DNA from: Actinomycetes bacterium
GTDB taxonomy: Bacteria; Actinomycetota; Thermoleophilia; Solirubrobacterales; JACPNS01
DNA: 64,000 nucleotides
Assembly (NCBI GenBank): GCA_023404495.1
Contig: JAEYBE010000004.1
Coordinates: 735-64,734, forward strand
Direction of reading: 5' to 3'
Of this stretch, positions 29,210 through 38,657 are shown one piece after another. The translations under genes and the position numbers were made by a program. Position 1 is the first letter of the stretch, and the number at the start of each line of letters is the position of its first letter. The notes beneath the pieces are model-generated. The model saw only the letters and a program-made list of their open reading frames with translations, was not told the DNA's origin and ran no database searches.

Positions 29210-30103
29210 ATGTCCAAGCGAGTGCTCATCAGCGGCGCGGCTGGCTTCATCGGCAGCGCCCTCACAGACCGACTTCAGTCCCGCGGCGACCAGGTTGTGC
29301 GCCTCACCCGTGGATCCAAGTCAGACGGTGCAGTCCACTGGGATCCCAAGGCCGGCGAGATCGATTCCGACGCCCTGGAAGGAATTGACGCCGTCGTTCA
29401 TCTGGCAGGCGAACCGATCGCCGGCCTTTGGACCAAGGCCAAAAAGCGCGCGGTGCTTGAGAGCCGTCGAGATGGCACAAAGCTCTTGGCTGAGGCCGCC
29501 GCGACGGCTAGTCCGAAGCCGGAGTGCTTCGTCAGCTCAAGCGCGATCGGCATCTACGGCAACCGCGGAGATGAGACCCTGACCGAGGACTCCGGGGTCG
29601 GCGAAGGGTTCTTGGCGGATGTCGTCGAGCAGTGGGAAGCCGCAGCCGAGCCCGCCCGCGCGGCGGGAATTCGCGTCGTCAATTTGCGACTTGGTCTTGT
29701 GACGGCCGAGAGCGGCGGGATGATGGGACCGATGAAGCCTGCCTTCAAGGCCGGAGTCGGCGGCAAACTCGGCAGCGGGGAGCAGTGGTGGAGCTGGGTG
29801 ACACTCGACGACGTCGTTGAGGCATTCTTGTTTGCGATCGACACGCCGGCCGTCTCGGGGCCCTACAACGTCGCCGCGCCCAATCCGGTCACCAACGCGG
29901 AGTTCACGAAGCAACTCGGCAAGGCGCTGCACAGGCCGACGATTCTCCCCGCGCCGAAGTTCGCGCTGAAGCTGGTCGCCGGGGAGATGGCCGATGAGAT
30001 GCTGCTGACGAGCCAGCGGGTCGACTCAGCACGGCTGTGCGAGGCCGGATTCGAGTTCGGAGACACCGAGCTGGCCCCGGCGCTCGCTCGCATTTTCGAC
30101 TAG
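29210..30103 (+). CDS. TIGR01777-type NAD-dependent epimerase family protein (YfcH-like, with a DUF1731-type C-terminus)
   Basis: VLISGAAGFIGSAL Rossmann motif. Length about 297 aa. The C-terminus PAPKFALKLVAGEMADEMLLTSQRV is typical of this family. Confidence 0.75.
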   Translation: MSKRVLISGAAGFIGSALTDRLQSRGDQVVRLTRGSKSDGAVHWDPKAGEIDSDALEGIDAVVHLAGEPIAGLWTKAKKRAVLESRRDGTKLLAEAAATASPKPECFVSSSAIGIYGNRGDETLTEDSGVGEGFLADVVEQWEAAAEPARAAGIRVVNLRLGLVTAESGGMMGPMKPAFKAGVGGKLGSGEQWWSWVTLDDVVEAFLFAIDTPAVSGPYNVAAPNPVTNAEFTKQLGKALHRPTILPAPKFALKLVAGEMADEMLLTSQRVDSARLCEAGFEFGDTELAPALARIFD

Positions 30104-30109
30104 TCAGTC

Positions 30110-30529
30110 TCAGTCGCCAGCCGTGGCGTTGCCCAGCGCGCGGTCGACTTCAATGACGATCTTCACCCTTACTTCGCCCTCGGCGCGAAAGGGGTACGAG
30201 TCGGCGTCCAGGTACTTCTTCGCCAGCGCGTCGATGTGGGCGTCGGCGCCGTCGTGGGTCATCTCGATCACGCGGCCACGCAGTTCGACGTACATGTACG
30301 GGTTCTCATGATCGTTGACCTCGAGCGTGATCGCCGGGTCGGCCCGCAGGTTGTCGACCTTCGCCCGGCCTTCGGCGCTGTTGATCTGTACACGGTCTCC
30401 GTCGCGGTCGATCCAGACGGGATTTACCTGAATGGCACCGCTGGGAAAGCGGGTCGCGACGTGCGCGAAGTTCTTTCCATCGATGATCGCCTTCTGGGCT
30501 TCGCTCAGTTGCACTGACATGATCTTCAT
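30110..30529 (-). CDS. Pyridoxamine 5'-phosphate oxidase (PPOX) family / F420-dependent-enzyme-like small protein
   Basis: From ATG 30529 (AGGAG upstream): MKIMSVQLSEAQKAIIDGKNFAHVATRFPSGAIQVNPVWIDRDGDRVQINSAEGRAKVDNLRADPAITLEV.... The rest of the 386-aa track ORF overlaps yloV on the opposite strand and is rejected. Confidence 0.7.
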   Translation of the reverse strand: MKIMSVQLSEAQKAIIDGKNFAHVATRFPSGAIQVNPVWIDRDGDRVQINSAEGRAKVDNLRADPAITLEVNDHENPYMYVELRGRVIEMTHDGADAHIDALAKKYLDADSYPFRAEGEVRVKIVIEVDRALGNATAGD

Positions 30530-30608
30530 CTCCTGGCTCGGGTTCTCCGCATCAAGGTAACCGCTGGTCGATTGCGTCGTGCCGTGAGCCACGTGTAACC
30601 TCGTCCGC

Positions 30609-32279
30609 GTGTCCGACCCCTCACTGGTCAGATTTCGCCGCATCGTCGAATCCGCTTGCGAGGCGCTTGAAGCGCGCCGCGAGGAGATAAACGACCTCAA
30701 CGTGTTCCCTGTCGCCGACGGGGACACCGGTGACAACATGGCCAGGACGCTGCGCGCGGTGCTCGATGCGCTCGATGACATGAACGCCGAGGGTCGCACG
30801 ATCGACGCGATCGGGCGCGATGAGATCGTCCAAGCGGTTGCCCGTGCGGCACTACTCGGGGCCCGCGGCAACAGCGGGGTGATTCTTTCGCAGATCGTCC
30901 GCGGTCTCGCTGAGGAGCTCGCTTCTCGTCCGGGCCAGCGGATCGACCCGGCGCTGATCGCAGCGGCGCTTGGTCGCGCGTCGGATGCGGCATATGAATC
31001 GGTCCGCGAGCCGCAAGAGGGAACGATGCTCACGGTGATCAGGGAGATCGCAAGCCGGGTATCGCAGATGGTCGCCCACATGGAGGGCGCGAGCTTTCCG
31101 CTCGACATCGACGACGCCACCCAGGATGCTGCGCTCGCGCAGCTGATTGATGGCGCGGTGAGTGTCGGTGAGGAGTCGGTCGCTCGCAGTCCTGACCTGC
31201 TCCCGCTGCTGAAGGAATCTGGGGTTGTCGACTCCGGTGGATACGGAATGGTCGTGATCATGTCCGGCATCCTCGCCGCGCTCTCCGGCGACAGCGACGC
31301 ACCCGGACGAATCGCGCACTATGCCGCCCCGACTCACGCCGGGCCGCATCGGCACGAGTCCAGCGAGCACCGCTGGTGCACCAACTTCGCGGTGACCGGC
31401 AGCGAGCTCTCGGCCGCACATTTTCGCGCCGGGCTCGAGCGGTTGGGGGACTCCGTGCTCGTGGTCGGAGACGAATCCACGCTGCGCATCCACGTCCACA
31501 CCAACGATCCCGATGAGGCGATGTCGCTCTTCCAGGAGTTCGGCGATGTCGTCGACGTCGAACTTGAGGACATGCACGAAATGACCGCCGCGCGCAACGA
31601 GCGGCTCGGTGCGCAGCTTGAGGTGGTCAGCCCTGCTGAGACGCCGCGGGGCAACTGCGGTCTTGTCGCGGTCGTCAGCGCCGAAGGGATCGCCCAGCTG
31701 TTTCGCGAGCTCGGTGCGACGGTGGTCGACGGCGGTGAGACGATGAATCCTTCGACCGAAGAGCTGCTCGCAGCGATCGAGGCGGCCCCGGAGAGTGAGG
31801 TCGTGTTACTGCCAAACTCCGGGAACGTGATCATGGCCGCCGAGCGCGCCGTGGAACTCGCCGAGAAGACCGCTGCGGTGGTCGCTACGACCAGTCAGCA
31901 GTCGGGCCTCGCCGCGGCAGTGGCACTCAACCCCGCTAGCAACGCCGAGCTGAACGCCTCATCGATGGCCGGCGCGGCCGCGGTCGTTCGGACCGGGGGC
32001 GTCGCACCGGCAGCGCGCGACGACGCCGATGGACGCTTCGGCAAGGGCGAGGCCGTCGGCTTCATCGAGGAAGATTTGATCGCCTGGGGCCAGCCGACCG
32101 ACACGCTGCGCGCCGTGTTCGAATCCCTGGCCGACGGTGCCGAGCTGATGACCTGCATCACCGGCGATGCGCCGCCGCTCTCGATCGACGAGGTGCGCGG
32201 ATTGGCGCCACCGCAGGCGGAGTTAGAGTTGCTCGATGGAGGGCAACCAAACTGGTGGTGGCTGATCTCAGCCGAGTGA
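30609..32279 (+). CDS. yloV: DAK2 domain fusion protein YloV
   Basis: N-terminal Dak2 motifs (NVFPVADGDTGDNM) and a C-terminal DegV-like region. Classic position directly upstream of recG. Confidence 0.85.
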   Translation: MSDPSLVRFRRIVESACEALEARREEINDLNVFPVADGDTGDNMARTLRAVLDALDDMNAEGRTIDAIGRDEIVQAVARAALLGARGNSGVILSQIVRGLAEELASRPGQRIDPALIAAALGRASDAAYESVREPQEGTMLTVIREIASRVSQMVAHMEGASFPLDIDDATQDAALAQLIDGAVSVGEESVARSPDLLPLLKESGVVDSGGYGMVVIMSGILAALSGDSDAPGRIAHYAAPTHAGPHRHESSEHRWCTNFAVTGSELSAAHFRAGLERLGDSVLVVGDESTLRIHVHTNDPDEAMSLFQEFGDVVDVELEDMHEMTAARNERLGAQLEVVSPAETPRGNCGLVAVVSAEGIAQLFRELGATVVDGGETMNPSTEELLAAIEAAPESEVVLLPNSGNVIMAAERAVELAEKTAAVVATTSQQSGLAAAVALNPASNAELNASSMAGAAAVVRTGGVAPAARDDADGRFGKGEAVGFIEEDLIAWGQPTDTLRAVFESLADGAELMTCITGDAPPLSIDEVRGLAPPQAELELLDGGQPNWWWLISAE

Positions 32280-34372
32280 TCGGTGGCGGGCAGCGCTCGC
32301 GCGACGAACTGATCTCAGCTCCGATTCGCTGGCCCAGGCCTTCCCTGCTCAGGGCGCCGCTACCCGGCGGACCGAAGCTTCGCGGCTCGGCAGAGCGGCT
32401 GGGCATCCACGATGTCGGCGACCTGATCGAGCACGTCCCGGTTTCGCACGAATTTCGCGCCGGCAGGCAGGTGCGCCAGCTCAAAGCTGGGGAGGAGGCA
32501 ACCGTCGAGGTGGAGCTTCGCTCGATCTCCTTGCGGCCGACCCGCCGGCGCAATCTGCGAATCGTCGAAGCGCTTGTCGCCGACGAATCCGGCTCTATCA
32601 AGGCGGTCTGGTTCAACCAGCAGTGGCTTGCCAAACAGCTCGAGCCCGGGGTGCACTTGCGGCTGTTCGGAAAGTTCAAGGGCGGCGCTCTGCAAGTGCG
32701 CGAACACACGGTGATCCCCGCGATCGGCGAATCCGCGTCGGGCGAGGACGCCAGGGTTTCGGTCTACCCCGGTACCGAGGGACTCAAGTCGTCGCGGATC
32801 AGGGAACTCGTCGAGTCGGTGCGCGGGATCGAGCTTGAGGAGATTGAGGCGCTTCCGGCCGCGCTGCGCAGACGAAGCCGGTTGATGGCTCGCGCGGACG
32901 CGCTCGCGCAGATGCACTTCGCGGAATCACCCGAGGTCGAGGCGATCGCCCGGCGGCGTCTCGCGTTTGAAGAGCTGCTGATCCAGCAGCTGGCGCTGGC
33001 AATGCGGCGGCGACGTCGCACGGTCGGCAAGAGCGCGATCGAGCTTGCGGCAAGTGGCGAGCTGGTCGACCGCTGGCTGGAGCGACTGCCGTTTGAGTTG
33101 ACCGGCGATCAGCGCGCGGCAATCGGCACACTCGACCGCGAGATCGCCAGCGCACATCCGATGCAGCGCCTCTTGATGGGCGAGGTCGGATCGGGCAAGA
33201 CCGTTGTCGCGCTCTCGGCAATGCTCAGGGCCGCAGAGAACGGCGCCCAGGCGGCGTTGATGGCACCTACGGAGACGCTCGCGGAGCAGCACTTCGCGAC
33301 CCTCGACGCGATGCTCCCGGAAGTGTCGCTGGCACTGCTGACGGGGTCGACCCCGGCCGCTCGCAAGCGGGAGACCCTCGCGCGGCTCGCCAGCGGTGAG
33401 CTGCCGCTGATAGTCGGGACCCACGCGTTGATAGAAGATCCGGTGATCTTCCGCAGGCTTGCGCTGGTGGTCGTCGATGAGCAGCACCGCTTCGGGGTCA
33501 GGCAGCGCGCCGCATTGGACGCCAAAGCGCCGGGCGAGCACGTGCCGCACATTCTTCACATGACGGCGACCCCGATCCCGCGCACGCTCGCGCTGGCGGG
33601 CTGGGGCGATATCGACGTCACGCAGATCCGCGAGCTGCCCAAGGGCCGCAAGCCGATCGCGACGCGCATCGTGGGCGACGAACAGAGGGGAGAGGCCTAT
33701 GAGGAGGTGCGCCAGCAGTTGCTCGCGGGTCGCCAGGCCTATGTGGTGTGCCCGTTGGTCGCGGAGTCAGAGGTGCTCCAGGCGCGGGCGGCCACCGTTG
33801 AAGCCGAGAAGCTCGCGACTGGTGAACTGAAGGACTTTCGCGTCGGTCTGATCCACGGGCAACTCAGCTCGGCCGAGAAAGCGTCGGCGATGGAGCAGTT
33901 CGCGAGCGGCGAAACAGACGTGCTCGTCGCAACGAGCGTGATCGAGGTCGGTATCGACGTGCCCAACGCGACGGTCATGGTGATCGAAGACGCCGACCGC
34001 TACGGGATCTCTCAGCTGCACCAGCTGCGAGGGCGCGTCGGCCGCGGCGAGCATGCGTCGACTTGCCTGCTGTTCGGAAATCCAGCCTCGCGCAGGCTCC
34101 GCGCTGTCGCGAAAGAGCGCGACGGCTTCAAGCTGGCGCAGGTCGACCTCGAGCTTCGCGGATCCGGCGAAGAACTCGGCACACGCCAGAGCGGGCTGCC
34201 GCGATTCAAGGTCGCGGTATTGCCCGAGGACACGCCGCTGCTCGAAGAAGCCAACCTTGAGGCCGCGCGTCTGCTTGACGCCGACGCTGAGCTGGCCGGC
34301 CCGGAATACGTGCTGCTGCGCGAAGCCGTCACCGCTCAATACGGCCGCGAGGTCGATCCGATCCCCGCCTGA
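32276..34372 (+). CDS. recG: ATP-dependent DNA helicase RecG
   Basis: Wedge/OB N-terminus, Walker A GEVGSGKT, DEQHRFG, TATPIPRT, QLHQLRGRVGRG. GTG 32276 overlaps the yloV stop (GTGA). Confidence 0.95.
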   Translation: MIGGGQRSRDELISAPIRWPRPSLLRAPLPGGPKLRGSAERLGIHDVGDLIEHVPVSHEFRAGRQVRQLKAGEEATVEVELRSISLRPTRRRNLRIVEALVADESGSIKAVWFNQQWLAKQLEPGVHLRLFGKFKGGALQVREHTVIPAIGESASGEDARVSVYPGTEGLKSSRIRELVESVRGIELEEIEALPAALRRRSRLMARADALAQMHFAESPEVEAIARRRLAFEELLIQQLALAMRRRRRTVGKSAIELAASGELVDRWLERLPFELTGDQRAAIGTLDREIASAHPMQRLLMGEVGSGKTVVALSAMLRAAENGAQAALMAPTETLAEQHFATLDAMLPEVSLALLTGSTPAARKRETLARLASGELPLIVGTHALIEDPVIFRRLALVVVDEQHRFGVRQRAALDAKAPGEHVPHILHMTATPIPRTLALAGWGDIDVTQIRELPKGRKPIATRIVGDEQRGEAYEEVRQQLLAGRQAYVVCPLVAESEVLQARAATVEAEKLATGELKDFRVGLIHGQLSSAEKASAMEQFASGETDVLVATSVIEVGIDVPNATVMVIEDADRYGISQLHQLRGRVGRGEHASTCLLFGNPASRRLRAVAKERDGFKLAQVDLELRGSGEELGTRQSGLPRFKVAVLPEDTPLLEEANLEAARLLDADAELAGPEYVLLREAVTAQYGREVDPIPA

Positions 34373-34917
34373 TGCGAATCGTCGCCGGCAAGTACAAGGG
34401 GCGCAGGCTCGCTGCCCCCAAGGGCACGGGTACGCGCCCGACCGCCGACAAGGTGCGCGAAGCGCTCTTCTCGATCCTTGGCGACATCGAAGGCGAGGCA
34501 GTGCTCGACCTCTTCGCCGGCACCGGCGCGCTCGGCCTTGAGGCGCTCTCGCGAGGGGCGTCGAGCGCCGTCCTGGTCGAGCAGGATCGCAAGGTCTGCC
34601 GGGTCGCCAGCGACAACGTAGAGGTCGTGACCGGCGGCGACGGCTCGGCGCGCGTCGAGTGCGCCGAGGCGATCAGGTTTCTCGGACGTGCCCGTGAGCA
34701 GGCATTTGATCTCGTTTTCCTTGACCCGCCGTACGCCGAAATCCCGCGGCTGGACGAGCTGCTTGCGACAGAGTTGCCGAGGGTCCTTCGCCCCGGCGCG
34801 CGAGTTGTTGCCGAGTCCGATCGGCGGGCACCGCTTGAGCTTGCCGAATCTCCGCTTGCGCTCAGCTCCGAGCGCCGCTATGGCGATACGCTCTTGCGGA
34901 TCTTCAACGCCCCATGA
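34372..34917 (+). CDS. rsmD: 16S rRNA (guanine966-N2)-methyltransferase RsmD
   Basis: MRIVAGKYKGRRL..PKGTGTRPTADKVREALFSIL, DLFAGTGALGLEALSRGA, FLDPPY. Confidence 0.9.
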   Translation: MRIVAGKYKGRRLAAPKGTGTRPTADKVREALFSILGDIEGEAVLDLFAGTGALGLEALSRGASSAVLVEQDRKVCRVASDNVEVVTGGDGSARVECAEAIRFLGRAREQAFDLVFLDPPYAEIPRLDELLATELPRVLRPGARVVAESDRRAPLELAESPLALSSERRYGDTLLRIFNAP

Positions 34918-35441
34918 CTGAAGCCAACTCCAACGGATACGCCGGCCGCGTCGCGGTATGCCCCGGCTCTTACGACCCGGTCACCAACGGTCACCTCGAC
35001 ATCATCCGTCGAGGCGCGCGCGTGTTCGACAAGGTCGTGATCGCCGTCGTCAACGCCTCTGTGCGCAAGTCGCCGCCGCTGTTCAGCGCGGACGAGCGCT
35101 GCCAGTTCATCGAGGAATGCCTGGCCGACGTCCCGAACATCGAGGTACGCAAGTTCGACATTCTGATCGTCGACTTCGCGCGTGAAGTGGGGGCGAGCGT
35201 GATCCTCAAGGGCCTGCGCGCGATCTCTGACTTTGAGTACGAGTTCGAGATGAACCAGCTCAACAGCACGATGGCGCCGGACATCGAGAGCGTCTACATG
35301 ATGTCCTCGCCCAAGCACAGCTTCATCAGTTCCTCCGGAATCAAGGAGATGGCGCGCTTTGGCGGCGACGTCTCCGGTCTCGTTCCGCCGCAAGTTTCCG
35401 TACGCTTGGCCGAGGCCTTGAAGGCCCAGGCAAGCCACTGA
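34914..35441 (+). CDS. coaD: Phosphopantetheine adenylyltransferase
   Basis: VCPGSYDPVTNGHLDII, LRAISDFEYE, SSSGIKE. The start overlaps the rsmD stop (ATGA). Confidence 0.95.
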   Translation: MTEANSNGYAGRVAVCPGSYDPVTNGHLDIIRRGARVFDKVVIAVVNASVRKSPPLFSADERCQFIEECLADVPNIEVRKFDILIVDFAREVGASVILKGLRAISDFEYEFEMNQLNSTMAPDIESVYMMSSPKHSFISSSGIKEMARFGGDVSGLVPPQVSVRLAEALKAQASH

Positions 35442-35457
35442 CGAAAGGCTTATCCCT

Positions 35458-35925
35458 ATGGACGTCCTGGTACTGATCGACAAGCTCGATGACCTGATCC
35501 ACAACGCGAAGCAGATCCCGCTCACGGAGAACGTGCGCGTGGACCGCGAGGAGATCTACGACCTGCTCGACCAGATGCGTGCGACGATCCCCGAGGAGAT
35601 CAAGCAGGCGCGCTGGATCGTGAAGGAGCGTCAGGAGATGCTCGCCGAGGCCAAGCGCGAGGCCGAGCGCATCGTCAAGGAAGCCAACGACGAGCAGTTG
35701 CGCCTTGTTTCAGAGCAAGAGGTCGTAAAGCAAGCTGAGAATCACGCCGAGGACATCGTCGAAGAGGCACGCGCTCGCGAGAGAGAAATCCGCCTGGGCG
35801 CCGAGGACTACGCCGACGACATTCTCAACACGCTTGAAGTCAACCTTGAGAAGTTCCTTGCCGCCGTGCAGCGTGGACGCGACCGCTTGGCTGGCCGCGA
35901 TCACGACTCGGCTGACGTTCGCTAG
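35458..35925 (+). CDS. Coiled-coil protein (ATP synthase B-like / DivIVA-like heptad region), function unknown
   Basis: [77 protein letters not shown].... Charged heptad repeats and host-like codon usage. Confidence 0.55.
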   Translation: MDVLVLIDKLDDLIHNAKQIPLTENVRVDREEIYDLLDQMRATIPEEIKQARWIVKERQEMLAEAKREAERIVKEANDEQLRLVSEQEVVKQAENHAEDIVEEARAREREIRLGAEDYADDILNTLEVNLEKFLAAVQRGRDRLAGRDHDSADVR

Positions 35926-35999
35926 CGCTCGCGGGCGGTGCCCGAGGGCCTAGGTCAAACGTCCCCGATCTGATCCGCCGGGGCGGCAACACTTACAAG

Positions 36000-36758
36000 G
36001 TGATCACCGACCACCTGGGCAGCCCCCGCATGATCGTCAACTCGGCAACCGGAGACGTCGCCCAGCAGATCACCTACGACGCCTTCGGCAAGGTCACCGA
36101 TGACACCAGCCCGGGCTTTACGCCGTTTGGCTTTGCTGGCGGGCTCTACGACAACTACACCGGCCTTACGCACTTTGGGGCGCGGGAGTATGACGCTGAG
36201 ACCGGGCGCTGGACGGCTACTGATCCGATCTCGTTTGCTTGTGGGGATGCGAATTTGTATGGGTATGTGTTCAGCGATCCGATCAATTTCTTGGATCCGG
36301 CCGGCACCGATTGGGTCAATAGCGCTGGACAAGCATTCATGGGATTCGGCGACTCCTTGACATGGGGGGCGTCTGCGAGGTTGCGGCGTATCGCCGGACT
36401 AAATGGCGTAGTGGATCGCTGTTCGGCGTGGTACTCCGCAGGTGGCTATGCGGGCACCGCGGCTTCATTTATCGGAGGCTACGGCGCCACGAGATCAGCG
36501 ATCGCATCAGTAGCCAAAGCGGAAAAGGCGGCTCAGAACTGGAAAGGTTTCGTCACAACGTTCGGGGGAGGTCCAGCGCGATGGGACGAACTAGTGGCGG
36601 AAGGAAGGGCCGTGGGGAACGGTCAGATTCGAAATGCGATGGCCGATGACATGCTGAGAAAGCTCTACACCGGAATGTTGCAGAATCAGTTGGCCCCGGT
36701 TATCGGGGGAGATGGAATCCCGGGGATTTCGTCAGCGGCTCCGGGATGTGGTTGTTGA
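36000..36758 (+). CDS. 5'-truncated (orphan) RHS repeat-associated core fragment fused to a ~150-aa variable C-terminal toxin-like domain
   Basis: [12 protein letters not shown]...ITYDAFGKV...[61 protein letters not shown] matches the RHS/YD core C-terminus up to the DPxG boundary (36294-36305). Everything N-terminal is missing. The only start is GTG 36000, without an SD. The reading frame stays open back to about 35950 (..GGNTYKV). Confidence 0.8.
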   Translation: MITDHLGSPRMIVNSATGDVAQQITYDAFGKVTDDTSPGFTPFGFAGGLYDNYTGLTHFGAREYDAETGRWTATDPISFACGDANLYGYVFSDPINFLDPAGTDWVNSAGQAFMGFGDSLTWGASARLRRIAGLNGVVDRCSAWYSAGGYAGTAASFIGGYGATRSAIASVAKAEKAAQNWKGFVTTFGGGPARWDELVAEGRAVGNGQIRNAMADDMLRKLYTGMLQNQLAPVIGGDGIPGISSAAPGCGC

Positions 36759-36973
36759 TGGCTCGATTCAGGAGGGAGCCTCCAACACCAGAGGCGCGAC
36801 GAGCTAACGACGACCGTCAACGAACCCTTGTGTTACGCGGTTCCACCGTTTTGCTAGTCGCCGGCGTGGTTTTGTTGCCGTTCTGGTCCGATATTGCCGC
36901 GCTGCTGTGCGGGCTTGGCCTCATGGGACTCGGTGCGATTTTCTTTTGGTTTCCGCCTGCCTCGGAAGACTGA
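36758..36973 (+). CDS. Putative cognate immunity protein (71 aa, two TM helices)
   Basis: The ATG overlaps the toxin stop (TGATG at 36756-36760). The product is [71 protein letters not shown]. The immunity role is inferred from position only. Confidence 0.45.
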   Translation: MARFRREPPTPEARRANDDRQRTLVLRGSTVLLVAGVVLLPFWSDIAALLCGLGLMGLGAIFFWFPPASED

Positions 36974-37172
36974 ACGGCCAGAGGATTCAAGCCGCCTTCA
37001 AGGCCAACCTGGAATTGATCCGCTTTCCGTGACACCTTGATCTTCCCCGGATGAAGCGGGTGAGTTCCACTTTGAAAGGCAGGTTCGAATGACAGATCTC
37101 AATCACCGAATAGCGGCCAGTAACCCGGCCTGGGGTCTGTCCTGCAAAGCGCGCGAGCTCGAATCCCCGCCC

Positions 37173-37526
37173 CTACGCCCAGCCCATCGGCTCGTAACCA
37201 CTCGTCCGCGGTGCCGAAATGATCAGCACCTCGCACGGCGTCTCGCCGATGTTGTCGACCGTTCGCTTGTGCTCGGGGTCCAAACGCACGTAGCTTCCTG
37301 GGTCTAGCGGGTACTCATCGCCGTCGATCACGATCGCGGGCGATCCGCTGAGGACGATGAAGACCTCTTCCTGGTCGCGGTCGACCTCGTCGTGCTCGGG
37401 AATTCGCTCGCCGGCATCGATCGTCACCAGATTGATGCCGAAGGACGAAACGCCCAATGAGCGCCGCGCCAGCGACCAGTTGCCGTTGGTCTCGAAGTCG
37501 TCCCGATGGATCTTGTCGAAGGCCAT
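37173..37526 (-). CDS. Cupin domain protein
   Basis: 117 aa; GERIPEHDE...EEVFIVLSGSPAIVIDGDEYPLDPGSYVRLDP fits the two-motif cupin barrel. Confidence 0.75.
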   Translation of the reverse strand: MAFDKIHRDDFETNGNWSLARRSLGVSSFGINLVTIDAGERIPEHDEVDRDQEEVFIVLSGSPAIVIDGDEYPLDPGSYVRLDPEHKRTVDNIGETPCEVLIISAPRTSGYEPMGWA

Positions 37527-37582
37527 CTGATTCCGCCTGGTCTAGTGAATTTGCAGTAGCCTGCCGTGCGCAGGTCAATCTA

Positions 37583-38020
37583 ATGGATATTGGACCCGAC
37601 AGCCCCGACGCCCTCGCGGCGATGATCGAGCGCTACAACGACGCTTGGAACGCCCACGACCTTGACGCGATCGTTTCGATGCACGCGTCAGACATGGTTT
37701 TCGAGAACCACACGGCCGGCGAGCGAGCCGAAGGTGAGGCTGTTCGCGGGCACATCGCGGGGATCTTCGAGAGCTGGCCCGACCTGCGGTTTGAGGCGGT
37801 CCGCATGTACGCCCGGGACGGATTGATCACGCAGGAGTGGAAGGCGTTTGCAACCCATTCACAGCCGGTCAAACGCGGCGACATCGAGCTGGCGCCGACC
37901 GGCCGTGAGATCAGCTGGTCCGGTGTCGACGTGATCCCGACGCTCGGCGGCCTGATCAAGCGCAAAGACGTCTACTCCGACTCCGTATCGATCCTGCGCC
38001 AACTCGGCCTGATGGACTGA
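37583..38020 (+). CDS. SnoaL-like / NTF2-fold protein (ester cyclase-like)
   Basis: From ATG 37583: MDIGPDSPDALAAMIERYNDAWNAHDLDAIVSMHASDMVFENH.... The YNDAWN..D.D....H.D pattern is typical of SnoaL-like polyketide-cyclase-fold proteins. Confidence 0.7.
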   Translation: MDIGPDSPDALAAMIERYNDAWNAHDLDAIVSMHASDMVFENHTAGERAEGEAVRGHIAGIFESWPDLRFEAVRMYARDGLITQEWKAFATHSQPVKRGDIELAPTGREISWSGVDVIPTLGGLIKRKDVYSDSVSILRQLGLMD

Positions 38021-38087
38021 TCGCCGTTTGACTCCTTGCCTGCTCCCGGGGGGAGCAGGCAAGGAGTATCCGGCGCTAGATTCGGGG

Positions 38088-38618
38088 GTGATGACGCCGG
38101 TTACTGACATCGTGGATCTGGGCCAACTGGGCCTCAAGCCTGGCGGCGCGATCCGCTTTGACGCGCGTGTGCCGGTTGGCGACTTCGTCTTCAGCGAGGA
38201 GCACTACAAGCTCGCGGAGGACCCGGTGCCGGCGAAGGTCGAAATCACCAGGACGACGAGTGGCAATGTCATTCGCGTGCAGCTTCAGACAACGCTCAAC
38301 GGCCCCTGCATGCGTTGCCATGCCGACTATTCATTCCCGGTCGAGGTCGATCACTCCGAGGTGCACGAGCCGCATCTGGACGAGGACCTGCGTTCTGAGT
38401 ACGTCAGCGGACTCGAGCTCAATCTGGCAGCGCTGATTCGCGACGCAGTTGGACTCAGCCTCCCGACCTCGATCTCGAGTCCGGCCGACGAAAACGGCGT
38501 CTGCACCGAATGTCCCGATGCGGCCGCACGGATCGCGCGTCTACAAGACTCTGACCCGGAAGCCGAAGAATCCGCGCCGGACCCGCGGTGGGCCAAATTG
38601 CGCGAGCTCGAACTCTAG
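38088..38618 (+). CDS. yceD: YceD/DUF177 family ribosome-maturation protein
   Basis: Conserved position immediately upstream of rpmF. CMRC...CTEC cysteine pairs and an acidic C-terminal tail. The start is GTG 38088 or ATG 38091. Confidence 0.8.
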   Translation: MMTPVTDIVDLGQLGLKPGGAIRFDARVPVGDFVFSEEHYKLAEDPVPAKVEITRTTSGNVIRVQLQTTLNGPCMRCHADYSFPVEVDHSEVHEPHLDEDLRSEYVSGLELNLAALIRDAVGLSLPTSISSPADENGVCTECPDAAARIARLQDSDPEAEESAPDPRWAKLRELEL

Positions 38619-38657
38619 GGCGAGATCGCGAATCTGCTGGTACCCTTCCGGCCTCTT

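Noticed and set aside
30530-31270. Upstream two-thirds of the 386-aa minus-strand ORF 30110-31270.
   Set aside because: - Only the last 139 codons (from ATG 30529, with AGGAG upstream) look like a PPOX-family protein.
- The rest overlaps the well-supported yloV on the opposite strand and is Ser/Ala/Arg low-complexity sequence.
36972-37035. Possible second orphan toxin or immunity fragment downstream of the immunity-like ORF (reads LNGQRIQAAFKANLELIRFP).
   Set aside because: - It is only about 20 codons long.
- It has no start codon and no recognisable motif, so it cannot be distinguished from random intergenic translation.
37077-37175. tRNA-like T-arm strings (GGTTCGAAT and CTCGAATCC) suggesting a tRNA gene.
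   Set aside because: - No acceptor stem, D arm or anticodon arm can be drawn on either strand.
- The T-stem halves do not pair.
- I kept these only as a speculative att-remnant note under the islet finding.
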